Origin: Candidatus Omnitrophota bacterium
Lineage (GTDB): Bacteria; Omnitrophota; Gorgyraeia; B26-G9
DNA length: 64,000 nt
Assembly: GCA_043814605.1 (NCBI GenBank)
Contig: JBDRJV010000047.1
Span: forward strand, 5,077-69,076
Reading direction: 5' to 3'
Position 1 is the first letter of the stretch; every line of letters begins with the position of its first letter. Below are positions 29,558-39,600 of this stretch, one piece after another. Under the pieces are notes generated by a model. It was not told the DNA's origin and did no database searches. It saw only the letters and a list, made by a program, of their open reading frames with translations. The translations under genes and the position numbers were made by a program.

Positions 29558-29873
29558 TCATTTCCTCGATAGACACCGCGCCGATAGTATCTTTACAGGT
29601 ACTCAGTAATATTTTGAAAGAATCACTTTTGTCAATTTTTAACTTTTTGGATACAATATCTAAATACCAGCCTTCAGGGATTAAGCCTTTAAAAAACGGG
29701 AACATTTTTTCGCTGGTATATGTTTTCTGATTAATCGGCAGGGAAAGGGAAATCCCTAAAGAATTTTTGATAAATTCATCATCATAAGTAAATTTATAAC
29801 CGGTTTGGGTTTTTTCCAGGATTCCGGCTAAAATATTATTAAATTTTACAATCGCCTTAGGGTTGTTTTTCAT
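29544..29873 (-). CDS. hipS: HipA N-terminal-subdomain-like small protein (HipS-like)
   Basis: 109 aa. Position and size match the HipS component of tripartite hipBST loci. Overlaps both neighbours. Confidence 0.6.
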   Translation of the reverse strand: MKNNPKAIVKFNNILAGILEKTQTGYKFTYDDEFIKNSLGISLSLPINQKTYTSEKMFPFFKGLIPEGWYLDIVSKKLKIDKSDSFKILLSTCKDTIGAVSIEEMIVHE

Positions 29874-30069
29874 TTTTTATGGCTTCAATATGGTAACCAA
29901 AAAATTCAAGCACCTGATTTATTTTATCTATTCTGAGAGTTTGCTTGCCTTGTTCGAGCTCTCTTAAAAAACGTAAGCCAACCCCGGCTCTTTTAGCTAA
30001 TTCAACCTGAGTTAATTTTGCGGCTTTTCTTAATTGTTTGATGCTTTTTTGAATTTTTTGGTTGTACAT
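29857..30069 (-). CDS. hipB: XRE-family HTH protein (HipB-like)
   Basis: HTH TQVELAKRAGVGLRFLRELE. ATG at 30069 with a GGAG RBS. The ORF track's GTG at 30099 would overlap the operator palindrome. Confidence 0.7.
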   Translation of the reverse strand: MYNQKIQKSIKQLRKAAKLTQVELAKRAGVGLRFLRELEQGKQTLRIDKINQVLEFFGYHIEAIKNEKQP

Positions 30070-30092
30070 ATATCTCCATTTTATGTTTAAAT

Positions 30093-30237
30093 TATACACC
30101 CTAAGAGGTATAATGTCAATGATTTTTAAAAAAAATTATACCCTTTAAGGATTATATTTATTAAATTGAATAAAATTATGCTCAAAAAAGCATAAAATTG
30201 CCTATCAATATTGCATTTTACACCCTTTAGGGTATAT
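30093..30237. promoter_or_regulatory. three operator-like palindromes TATAC(A)CC-N3-6-GGTATA in the hipBST promoter region
   Basis: 30093-30112 tatacaccctaagaggtata. 30137-30156 tataccctttaaggattata. 30218-30237 tacaccctttagggtatata. Confidence 0.6.
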
Positions 30238-30289
30238 AGTATTTGTGTTTACCAGAAGATATCAGTGTTCATCTGTGTTATCTAAGGTT

Positions 30290-31906
30290 TTATTTTTGCG
30301 GAATCTTTATCCTAAAGATGCTTCCTTTATCTACTTCACTTTCAACTTCAATCGTTCCATTATGATTTTGAATGATCTGCCTACATATGGATAGTCCTAA
30401 TCCTGAACCTGTGTGTTTAGTTGTAAAAAATGGATTAAAAATATTATCTAATGCTTTTTTGCTGATGCCGCAGCCAGTATCTTTGATTTCAATAGTTGAT
30501 GTATTTTTATCCGATGCAACAGATATAAAAATCTCACCGCCCTTAGGCATTGCTTCTATGGAATTTAAGATTAAGTTTAATAAAACCTGCTTAATTTGAT
30601 TGGAATCAATGTGAATCAATAATTCTGGATTTTCATATTCTTCATGAACTTTAATTTTATTTTTTAAGAATTCATTATTCAAGAATTCTAATATATCTTT
30701 AATCAGATTAGCAATATTTGTGGGTTTTAAATTGGGTTCTGCAGGTTTGGAAAAATCCAGTAATCTGTGAATAATATTATTTATCCGTTCAACTTCTGAA
30801 GGGATAAGCTTATTGAATTTATCAAAAAACTCATCATCTTTGTCTTTATATTTATCCTTAATGTATTCTGAAAATGTTTTAATCGTAGTCAAAGGATTTT
30901 TTACTTCATGTGCTAAGCCTAGAGCCATAGTTGTAGCAACCTTTAAACGTTGGGATTTTTCTAGTTCATGATGTAGGAGTTTGTTTTCTGTAGCAAATTC
31001 TTCAGTGGTTTTACCCAGAAATAAACGGTCGATAATTTTTTGGATTTTGTTACGGAGAGGATTAAACAATATAGCAATAATAAAAGTAGCGACTAAACTT
31101 ACAGGCAGAGATGTGTATCCAATGATATTTTTAAATAGCCACTCAATACCTACAATTAGTAATAGGTATATTCCAGTTAATATAGCTATAAGAATTGAAT
31201 AGATCAAACTTTTTTGTAAAGCTACTCTAATTCCCATAATTTGATGTTTAAATATTCCTATACACATGCATATTATCATAAGTGGAATACAAAAATATCC
31301 TAGTGGGTATATTTCTAACCCGTATTTACCTAAAAAATCAATTGGTCCAATAATAGTTCCTAAAACAAAAGGATACAGAGCAAAATAAAGTTGTTGTTTT
31401 TCTGAGGATGTAATATTAGGCTGATTAATTTTTTTGTAAATAATATAAATGACTAAAATTACTAAAACAGACCATATGAATTGAAACATGTAGTGGTAAT
31501 TACCAGCTTTAGGATAAAATCCCCAAAAGTGAGTATAGAAACCTGCGAGTATAGTATTAGTTTTAAATAAGAAGTAAACGAGAGTTAAATAACCTACTAG
31601 TAAACTTATTGTTACAATTTTTTTTAATTTTATTCCGGTTATTTTAGCAGTAAAATATAAACAAGAAAATGGTAATCCTCCAACTCCAAGGTAAACAGAT
31701 CTAGATAAAAAGTTAGCAAGAATTTTATTTGTGGTTGAGAAAAGAATAGCATCTGAGAATTGCCAAATAAATAAAGATAGACAGAATAAAAACCAACCAA
31801 AATTAATACCTGATTTAATATTTTTATTCCATACATATATTCCTAATAAAATAATTAATATGGCGCTGATAAATGGCGGGATGGAATATGCACTAAATAT
31901 AAGCAT
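30290..31906 (-). CDS. sensor histidine kinase, multi-TM sensor + HisKA + HATPase_c
   Basis: HEVKNPLTTIKTF H-box. GSGLGLSICRQII G2 box. About 8 TM helices. Confidence 0.85.
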   Translation of the reverse strand: MLIFSAYSIPPFISAILIILLGIYVWNKNIKSGINFGWFLFCLSLFIWQFSDAILFSTTNKILANFLSRSVYLGVGGLPFSCLYFTAKITGIKLKKIVTISLLVGYLTLVYFLFKTNTILAGFYTHFWGFYPKAGNYHYMFQFIWSVLVILVIYIIYKKINQPNITSSEKQQLYFALYPFVLGTIIGPIDFLGKYGLEIYPLGYFCIPLMIICMCIGIFKHQIMGIRVALQKSLIYSILIAILTGIYLLLIVGIEWLFKNIIGYTSLPVSLVATFIIAILFNPLRNKIQKIIDRLFLGKTTEEFATENKLLHHELEKSQRLKVATTMALGLAHEVKNPLTTIKTFSEYIKDKYKDKDDEFFDKFNKLIPSEVERINNIIHRLLDFSKPAEPNLKPTNIANLIKDILEFLNNEFLKNKIKVHEEYENPELLIHIDSNQIKQVLLNLILNSIEAMPKGGEIFISVASDKNTSTIEIKDTGCGISKKALDNIFNPFFTTKHTGSGLGLSICRQIIQNHNGTIEVESEVDKGSIFRIKIPQK

Positions 31907-31908
31907 TT

Positions 31909-32271
31909 TTAAATATTATTTTTAACTTTTTCTAAAATATCTTTAGAATCAAAAGGTTTGACAATATAGTCAATCGCGCCTTTTTCCGCAGCTTCCTGCG
32001 CGATTTCCGCGCTTTTATAACCAGTAACAATGATTACTTTTTTATCCGGGAATTTTTCTTTAATGCATTGAGTAACTTCTAACCCGTTCTGCACAGGCAT
32101 TTTGATGTCTAAAAGCACGAGGCTAATGGAAGATTTATTTTTTAAAGCAGACAGGCATTCATTGCCGTTTTTGGCAAAGACCAGGTCATAATCTTTTTCC
32201 AGGATCAGCTTTAATGATTCGCGTATTCCTTCTTCATCATCACAAATTAAAATTCTTTTTTTATCGCGCAT
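31909..32271 (-). CDS. response regulator, receiver domain only
   Basis: ICDDEEGIRE, LDIKMPVQNG, KPF. Only 2 nt separate it from the kinase. Confidence 0.85.
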   Translation of the reverse strand: MRDKKRILICDDEEGIRESLKLILEKDYDLVFAKNGNECLSALKNKSSISLVLLDIKMPVQNGLEVTQCIKEKFPDKKVIIVTGYKSAEIAQEAAEKGAIDYIVKPFDSKDILEKVKNNI

Positions 32272-32345
32272 AATTTACCTCCATAATTAATTTTATTTGA
32301 TTTTATTAAATTAATTAAATTCCAAATCATTTAATGTTTTGTTTT

Positions 32346-32380
32346 TCATTTGTCATTTGTTCATTTGACATTTGTCATTC
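32346..32380 (+). repeat. tandem heptamer repeats (TCATTTG)n in the promoter region of the minus-strand RR/HK operon
   Basis: tcatttgtcatttgttcatttgacatttgtcattc. A related array lies at 54537-54574 upstream of the GalT-like gene. Confidence 0.6.
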
Positions 32381-32393
32381 TTGTAGCCTACGA

Positions 32394-32948
32394 CTACAAG
32401 GCTATTGGACTTACCACGACCAGTAATTTCGCTTCCTGCTCTCCGATGTTTTTAATCGCATGCGGCATGGACGCGTCAAAATATATGGTTGAATTTTTCT
32501 TTAAATCATAAATTTTATCAGAGATTGATAACTCTGCGTTTCCTTCTAAACAGTAAATAAACTTATCTGTGCCGGGCTTGTTTTCTTCCCGGGAAGTGCT
32601 TTTACCTGCGGCAATCGTTAAAAGCTGTGGCAGCATTTTTTTGTTTTTTATGGGCTTAGAAAGAATTACCGATGTAACGCTCTCATCAAAAGTAAATACT
32701 TCTTCTTCCATATTTACATTATCTAAAAAAGAAATTTTTTCATCTTTTTTATCCAGATCTTTATAGAATTCTCCAATGTTCAGGTTTAGGGCATGGCAGA
32801 TCCTTAAATGCGTGTTCAGATTGCCGGTAGTAATGCCGTTTTCAATGCGGCAGAGCGTGGCCTTGCCCACACCGGACATTTGCGATAAGGCGTCAAGCGT
32901 AAGATGCTTGCCTTTACGTAAAAGTTTTAGTTTTTTCCCCAGTTTCAT
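32394..32948 (-). CDS. XRE-family HTH + cupin-domain transcriptional regulator
   Basis: N-terminal HTH (LSQMSGVGKATLCRIENG). C-terminal cupin beta-barrel region. Confidence 0.7.
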   Translation of the reverse strand: MKLGKKLKLLRKGKHLTLDALSQMSGVGKATLCRIENGITTGNLNTHLRICHALNLNIGEFYKDLDKKDEKISFLDNVNMEEEVFTFDESVTSVILSKPIKNKKMLPQLLTIAAGKSTSREENKPGTDKFIYCLEGNAELSISDKIYDLKKNSTIYFDASMPHAIKNIGEQEAKLLVVVSPIAL

Positions 32949-33665
32949 AGTACCTTTCTCTTCAAATTTTTCTGCTTTAGCTGTTTTAAAAAAGGATAAC
33001 CCAGTTCAATTATTTTTGCTCATTCTCGTCCCGCTTCCTGCGGGACTCCGAGGGAGACCGCAGATTTATTACATCCATGTAAAATCAGCTAGTCTAATCC
33101 GCAAAAACAATTGCTCTGTTTTATCAAGAGCTAAGCAAAGCTTGTGTTTTTAGCTAGTATCCAGAATCCAGGATCTAGTATCCAGTATCCAGACTGTCCC
33201 TAAATAAAAATTTACCACAAATGGAACAGGAAAGCAAGAACTTTTGTGAAAATTAATGTGAACATGCAATATGTTGTAAACAAATACGTTAAAATTTTTT
33301 AAACAATTATTATTTTTACCACAAGGAATATTATTGACAGATTATTTAAATATACTATTTTCATAAATGGAATTAAAAGGAGTAGGTTCCGGGGAGAAAA
33401 TTTATAGCTGATATCCTTTGCAAGGACTCCAGCTCGGATATTTACTTAAAAGTAAATTTCCGAGGGGGCTTATGCTGATAGTAAGTTAAGGGGGGATTAG
33501 GGACGATAAATATGTTGATGCTGATTTTGTTTTGTAACATCAGCTTATCAAAATAGCAACAAAAATTCTAAAAAATTTAAAATAATCATAAATCTATAAC
33601 TATTTTAATTGCAATAGGTTAAAATTTTTACACGTTTAAATATTCCATATTAGCAAAAAATATTG

Positions 33666-33693
33666 TTGACAAAAATGAAAAATATGGTATTAT
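33666..33693 (+). promoter_or_regulatory. sigma70-like promoter TTGACA-N16-TATTAT upstream of the tail-fibre-like gene
   Basis: Consensus hexamers. About 260 nt of leader follow before the ATG at 33953. Confidence 0.5.
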
Positions 33694-33896
33694 CATAAGT
33701 GGAACAAAAGTTTGCTCATTAAGAAAAAAATTTAAAAATTTGAATTGACTCGCCAAAAAGCGTGGCGTATAGGTCGCAAATAAAGCAACTGTAGATTTAA
33801 TGAAGAGCTTAAGTATAAGCTCATTTTCCCCGATACTTAAACATTTGAAAATTTTGAAAAAATTTTCTGCATAAGTTTCGGGATAAATTCGCGCAG

Positions 33897-33946
33897 ACAG
33901 CTTATGTCGCTTGATAAGCTCCATAAGTTGTGCGCTCATTTAGGAG
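33897..33946 (+). promoter_or_regulatory. conserved 5'-leader hairpin motif (copy 1) immediately upstream of the RBS of the tail-fibre-like gene
   Basis: CAGCTTATG-N15-CATAAGTTG stem followed by GTGCGCTCATT and the RBS. The homologous motif sits upstream of the RHS gene. Confidence 0.55.
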
Positions 33947-33952
33947 GGGAAT

Positions 33953-34969
33953 ATGAAAAAGTTAGCAGTTGTAGTTTTGGTGATTGGATTAGGAATTATT
34001 GTTGATTGTGCAAATATATTTGCTGGAGATGGAGATTTGATTGTGGGGGGGAATCTTGGTATTGGCACAGCAACTCCATCTGAGAAATTAGAGTTGGGGG
34101 TTTTAGGTGTTCCTGCATTTATAAAAATCTCCGGAGGACATCCCGGAGGTTCAGAAGCAGTTGGTTTAAAATTAAAAAGTTATTACCGTAATTGGAAAAT
34201 GGTTGTCAATGATAATCCAGTAACCAGTACTACAGGGCTACAACTTTGGGATGGAACTAATGTTAGATTACAGTTTACAGATAACGGATATGTTGGTATT
34301 GGCACAGTAACTCCATCTGAGAAATTAAAAATTAGTATCCCGGGAGTTTCGACATTTATGAAAATCACGGGTGGCAATCCTGGCGGAGGATCAGAAGCAG
34401 TGGGTGTGAAATTAAGCAGTCCTTATCGAAATTGGAGAATAGCTGTAAACGATGATTCGGTGCGTAGTACTGCAGGATTACAAATATTTGATGGGGCAAA
34501 TATCCGTTTGCAAATTGCAGATAACGGATATTTAGGAGTTGGGACAATAGCTCCGAGCCGCAAATTATTTGTAAACGGTGATGCGGGTGGATTAACACCT
34601 TGGTATAGTGCATCAGATGAGCGTTTAAAGAAAAACATTAGTACAATTGATAGCGCTCTAGATAAAGTTATGCAATTGCGGGGTGTGAATTTTGAATGGG
34701 ATGAGGCAGTTATCGAAGAAAAATACAAATGTAAGAAAGAAGCAAAAGATAAGCAAAATAAAACAAAATATTTTACAGAAGGAGTGCAAATGGGGCTTAT
34801 TGCCCAAGAAGTTGCCGAAGTAATTCCGGAAGTTGTTTCCACCGACGGAGAGCATTATTCGATTTGTTATGCGAGCATGGTCGGAATTCTCGTGGAAGCA
34901 GTCAAAGAACAGCAGGCGCAAATTCAGGATTTACAGCAAAGAGTAAATTATTTAGAGGGGAAAGAATAA
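33953..34969 (+). CDS. secreted tail-fibre-like repeat protein with C-terminal intramolecular-chaperone (peptidase S74) autoproteolytic domain
   Basis: Signal peptide. Three ~55-aa internal repeats (GIGTxTPSEKL...GG.PGG.SEAVG.KL). C-terminal SDERLKKNI...GVNFEW...MGLIAQEV motif of endosialidase/tail-spike chaperone domains. Confidence 0.7.
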   Translation: MKKLAVVVLVIGLGIIVDCANIFAGDGDLIVGGNLGIGTATPSEKLELGVLGVPAFIKISGGHPGGSEAVGLKLKSYYRNWKMVVNDNPVTSTTGLQLWDGTNVRLQFTDNGYVGIGTVTPSEKLKISIPGVSTFMKITGGNPGGGSEAVGVKLSSPYRNWRIAVNDDSVRSTAGLQIFDGANIRLQIADNGYLGVGTIAPSRKLFVNGDAGGLTPWYSASDERLKKNISTIDSALDKVMQLRGVNFEWDEAVIEEKYKCKKEAKDKQNKTKYFTEGVQMGLIAQEVAEVIPEVVSTDGEHYSICYASMVGILVEAVKEQQAQIQDLQQRVNYLEGKE

Positions 34970-35035
34970 GAAAACCAGAAAAACGAAAAAATATTTTAAT
35001 GAACAGGCAACCTCTTAACCAAAGGGGAAAAAAAA

Positions 35036-36417
35036 TGAAATTCTATAAATCTTTAATATTACTTTTTCTCTTACTTGTAATTTTTTCTCAGGGTTTGCCA
35101 GTATTGGCGCAGACGCTTTTTCCTATTAGAATTTTAGAAAATCCATCATTAACTTTTTCTACTTTGCAATCTGCCTATAACCAGGCGCAATCTGGCCAGA
35201 CAATTCAATGCCGCGCTGTAACTTTAAATGAATCAGTTACTCTTAACCGTGATATTGCGGTTACGATTTGCGGCGGCTATAACAGTGATTTTTCGCAAAA
35301 AACAGATGCAGTAACAGTTTTAATCGGCGGAGTTGCTTTAAACAGCGGTACAGCAATTTTGGATAATTTATCAGTTTCTTTTACGGACACGCAAACTGTT
35401 CCGGATACGCCGACTTTAGTGGAAGTCAGATATTTGGACACAAAAGTTTACTTAAATTGGAGCAGTGTGAATAATGCGGATGGATATATTGTCAAATACA
35501 GTACAACCAGCGGAACTTATACTTATACTGAATACATTGAAGCTGGTACAAGCCATGTGGTCACAAATTTAACGAATAATACGCAATATTATTTTGTGGT
35601 GAGCGCGTATAATGCGAGCGGCGTAAGTGATAATTCTAATGAATTAAGTGCGATGCCCCAGCCGCGGGAAGCAATTGCCGGCTATGAAACAGTATTTAGT
35701 AATGTTTCAACAAATGGGCTTTTTGCCGCCATGCCGATTATTATGAGTGAAGATGGGACGATTACCAGTATTAGTATGTTCCATAAAGCTGGCACAGGCT
35801 CTATGGTGTTAGGAATTTATAGCGGAGCAAATTCTCCCCAAACTTTACTAGCTACAACTCAAACCACAGCGATTGAAAATACAACAGGCTGGCAAACCAT
35901 AACGTTACTTAATCCTGTGCATGCGGAAAATGCAGAAACAATTTGGATAGCTTGGCTTTATTCGGTTAATCCCGGGATTCGCTATACAACAGGCGAACCG
36001 TCAGCTTATGCTTGCGGTGATAATTGGGATTCTTTAGGTGGTACAATGCCGGCTAATTTTCCCGCAAGTGGTGATTCCACTGTAATCGCTTCCTTATATA
36101 TAAATTATGTGCAAAACCAGCCGCCGCATATTACTGAACTTATTCCGGCAAATACAGCAACTCAAGAAGAAACAGATACCTTGACTTTTGAAGTTACTGC
36201 CAGTGATTATCATTTTGATCCGATTGAATATCAATTTGTAATTGATGATAATATTGTGCAATCCTGGACAAGTACAAATACTTATAATTGGGATACGCAG
36301 GAGAGTGATTTTGGCAAGCATTCTTTTAAAGTGCAAACTCGGGATGATATCGGCGCGCAGGAAGAGTCTGCTGTGCGCGAATTATTTATTTATCACAAAC
36401 CAATTTCAATAGAGTAG
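35036..36417 (+). CDS. secreted protein with fibronectin type III domain
   Basis: Signal peptide MKFYKSLILLFLLLVIFSQGLPVLAQ. FN3-like block (YLNWSSV..DGYIVKYS...YYFVVSAYN). Confidence 0.6.
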
Positions 36418-36484
36418 CAAGTAGCCCCGCCTTAGCGGGATTTCGCTTAAAATATATTACTGTTCTCAACAAGTAGAGAGTATT
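36413..36484 (-). repeat. REP-like element, copy 5
   Basis: Reverse complement: atactctctacttgttgagaacagtaatatattttaagcgaaatcccgctaaggcggggctacttgcta. Confidence 0.8.
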
Positions 36485-36558
36485 CCCGAGAAATTCAGGG
36501 GAATCTCCGGGACTAAATCCTGGAAATGCTTGGCATTTCACAGGGCAATTCGCATAGA

Positions 36559-36604
36559 TCACTTATGTCGTTAGTGCTCCATAAGTGATGTGCTCATTGA
36601 GGAG
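36559..36604 (+). promoter_or_regulatory. conserved 5'-leader hairpin motif (copy 2) immediately upstream of the RHS toxin gene
   Basis: ATCACTTATG-N12-CATAAGTGAT stem followed by GTGCTCATT and the RBS. The stem differs from copy 1 by compensatory changes. Confidence 0.55.
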
Positions 36605-36610
36605 ATGATT

Positions 36611-39600
36611 ATGAAAAAAATATTATTTAAATCCATGTCTGCGGTTCTGGCTGTAACCTGTTTTTTAAGTTTTACATTTAATGGATTAACCATTGCTAAG
36701 GCTGGCGAAAGCTCAGCTAGTATTGCCGCGAGTGGTGCGATTACACCGGGCGGAGCAACCAGTATAAACTTTTCCATGAATTCATTTCAAACCGATCTTT
36801 TCCGCGGTAATGCCTCTTATTCTGTGCCTATTGCAGTGCCTGGTGGCCGCAAAGGAATATCTCCTCAACTAGGTTTAAGTTATTCCAGTCAGCCGGCAAA
36901 TTCCTGGTGCGGTGTAGGCTGGAGTTTGGAGCTGGGTGCAATCACCCGCAGTATGAAAAATGGGTATCCCAAATATGACAGTACAGATATTTTTTCCTAT
37001 AACGGCGCAGAATTAGTAAATACAACTGGTAATGAATATCGTTTAAAAACAGATAATGCGTTTATGCGGTTTTTTAATAACGGTTCAACTTGGGAAGTAC
37101 TGGATACTAAGGGAACAAAATATAATTTTACAAGTACAATTACAACGCCATTGGGAATTTATCAATGGTCTTTAACCCGGGTGACTGATCTAAGTGGGAA
37201 TTATATGAGTGTGACTTATATTACGGATCAAAATCAGGTTTATCCGCAGCAAATTCAATATACAGGCAATGATAATACCAGTGCTGTGCCTTATTATACA
37301 GTTGATTTTGTTTTAGAAAATAGAACTGATACAATCACGCAGAATTTAATCATGCCCATTGCCAATACATCCGGCCCGGCAACTATTTTTAAAACTGTTA
37401 CTGCTAAAAGACTAAAAACTATTGAAGTTAAATACAGCGGGTCATTGATCAGAAAGTACATATTAAATTATCATGATAGTGCTGTTACTAAGCGATCAAT
37501 GCTTGAGAGTATTACATTATATGGCGAGGATGGGATAACTGCTTTAAATCCCATAACTTTTACTTATGATGAAACTGTTCCCTCGATTAATGCTTCAACC
37601 GGAGTTAATTTAAATACAGTACAAGGTAGCCCATTAATGGGTGATTTTAACGGTGATGGAATTAATGATATTTGTGTTGCTTTATATGAAGATTTCGGAG
37701 TTTATTTAGGTAATGCTGATGGAACTTTTCAATCTAGATCTATTTGGGGACATTATCCAGGATCAGATGCAGGAGCTTCTTTTTTTTCAACAGGAGATTT
37801 TAACGGTGATGGTTATACAGATATTTTTAATTTATTAGCATGGGGAAATGGTTGGGAAAACTATGGATTAATTGTGTACTTATCTGATAATGGAACAGGA
37901 TTTAAAAATGAAGCTTATTGGTATAGAGACACAAGGTCATTTTCTACACAAAGGCAACCGCTTGTTTTTTCTACTGATGTAAACAAAGACGGTAAAACCG
38001 ATATACTAGTTTTAGATAAGTATAGTGGAATATATAATCCGCCTCAAAGTAATGTGCCGGATATAAAAGGAAAATTCTATGTTGCTAATGACAATGCAAA
38101 TGGCTTTAATATCAGTGATCTGGAAAGTAATCTTTTTGTGGGAGAATATGGTAATTTTATGACCACTATAGGAGATGTAAACGGAGATGGAGAGTTAGAT
38201 ATGGTGTTTGGTTGTCATGGAGCAAATCTTGTAAAAGTTGCTTTGTATCCAGATTATATTTCAGGAAATATTATATCTCCTTATGTTTGGTTGTCCGGAC
38301 ATTTAATTGATAGCAATATAATAACCACAGATGTAAACTATGATGGTAAAAGTGATTTTTTAAGATTTTACTCACCTCAAGGGAATTGGGATTGTTTTCT
38401 TTCTAATGGAGCTAATTTTGAATCAAATTATCAAACCTGGTGCTCTTCATTTGGTGGGACAAGATGTCCAATTGCAGGTAATTTTGGTACTTCTAGCGTA
38501 ACAGTTCCCGGGACTTTTTATAATAATACTCATAATGGCACAGCAGAATGGCAGATTGCTCAAGCAACTTCAGCTAATGCACGTGCAGATTATTTATTAA
38601 GCGTGGATAATGGTGTTAGCGGAAGCTTAGACATAAATTATACACAATATCAAGAAGATACATTGCCGTTTATTCATTATGTGGTCGAATCCATTACTCA
38701 AAATGACGGCAGGGGAAATAGTTATACATCCAGGTATGAATACAGCGGCGCGCAATATGACCGCCAGGACCGGGAATTCCGCGGGTTTAATTGCGTGAAA
38801 GTTCTGGATGCGGATGGAAATTATTCTTTGAATTATTTTCATCAGGACGATATCTTAAAAGGTAAAACTTATTTATCAGAAACTCGTGATGCTGCGGGTA
38901 ACCTTTACGCAAAATCAGAAAATATTTGGGCAAGCACACAGCCATTTACCGGGGTTTATAATATTTTTGTCACCCAGCAAAATAATTATTCCTATGAAAC
39001 TCAAGCCACTCCCAAGCACACCCGGATGAATTATGATTATGATAGCTATGGCAATTGTACTTATGTGGGTTGTGAGGGATATTTAGATATTAGCGGTGAT
39101 GAAAAAACAGTACATACACAATATTATGCTCCGGCTGCGAATATTACATGTTTGCCTAGCCATACCTGGACACAAAATAGCAGCGGTTACAAAACTTCTG
39201 AGCAGTGGTTTGAATATGACGGAGGGACAAGTCTTTCTCACGGATTGCTGACAAAGCAGACTTCCTGGTTAGAGGGAGGGACTAATCCTGATGTTGAATA
39301 CACCTATGATGATTACGGCCAGGTGATTGAAGTAAAAGATGCCCTGTCTCGGACAACGACAACAGAATATGATAGCGCACAGCATTTATTCCCTATAAAA
39401 ATTACCAATGCTAAGGCACAGGAAATAACTTCTACTTATAATCCTAAAACCCAGCAGGTATTAACAATAACTGATGCTAATAATCAAACTACAACTAATC
39501 AGTATGATGTGTTCGGCCGCTTAATAAAAGTTATTGGGCCCAATGACACTGCAGCTTATCCCAGTGCCAGTTACAGTTATGATTTGAATGCAAATCCCAT

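Noticed and set aside
32776-33153. 125-aa plus-strand ORF overlapping the 5' end of the XRE-cupin gene
   Set aside because: It lies antisense to the well-supported HTH region and continues into AT/GC-skewed intergenic DNA. No motifs.
33628-33939. 103-aa minus-strand ORF in the leader of the tail-fibre-like gene
   Set aside because: It overlaps the sigma70-like promoter and the conserved leader hairpin. It has no homology signal. It is more likely non-coding.
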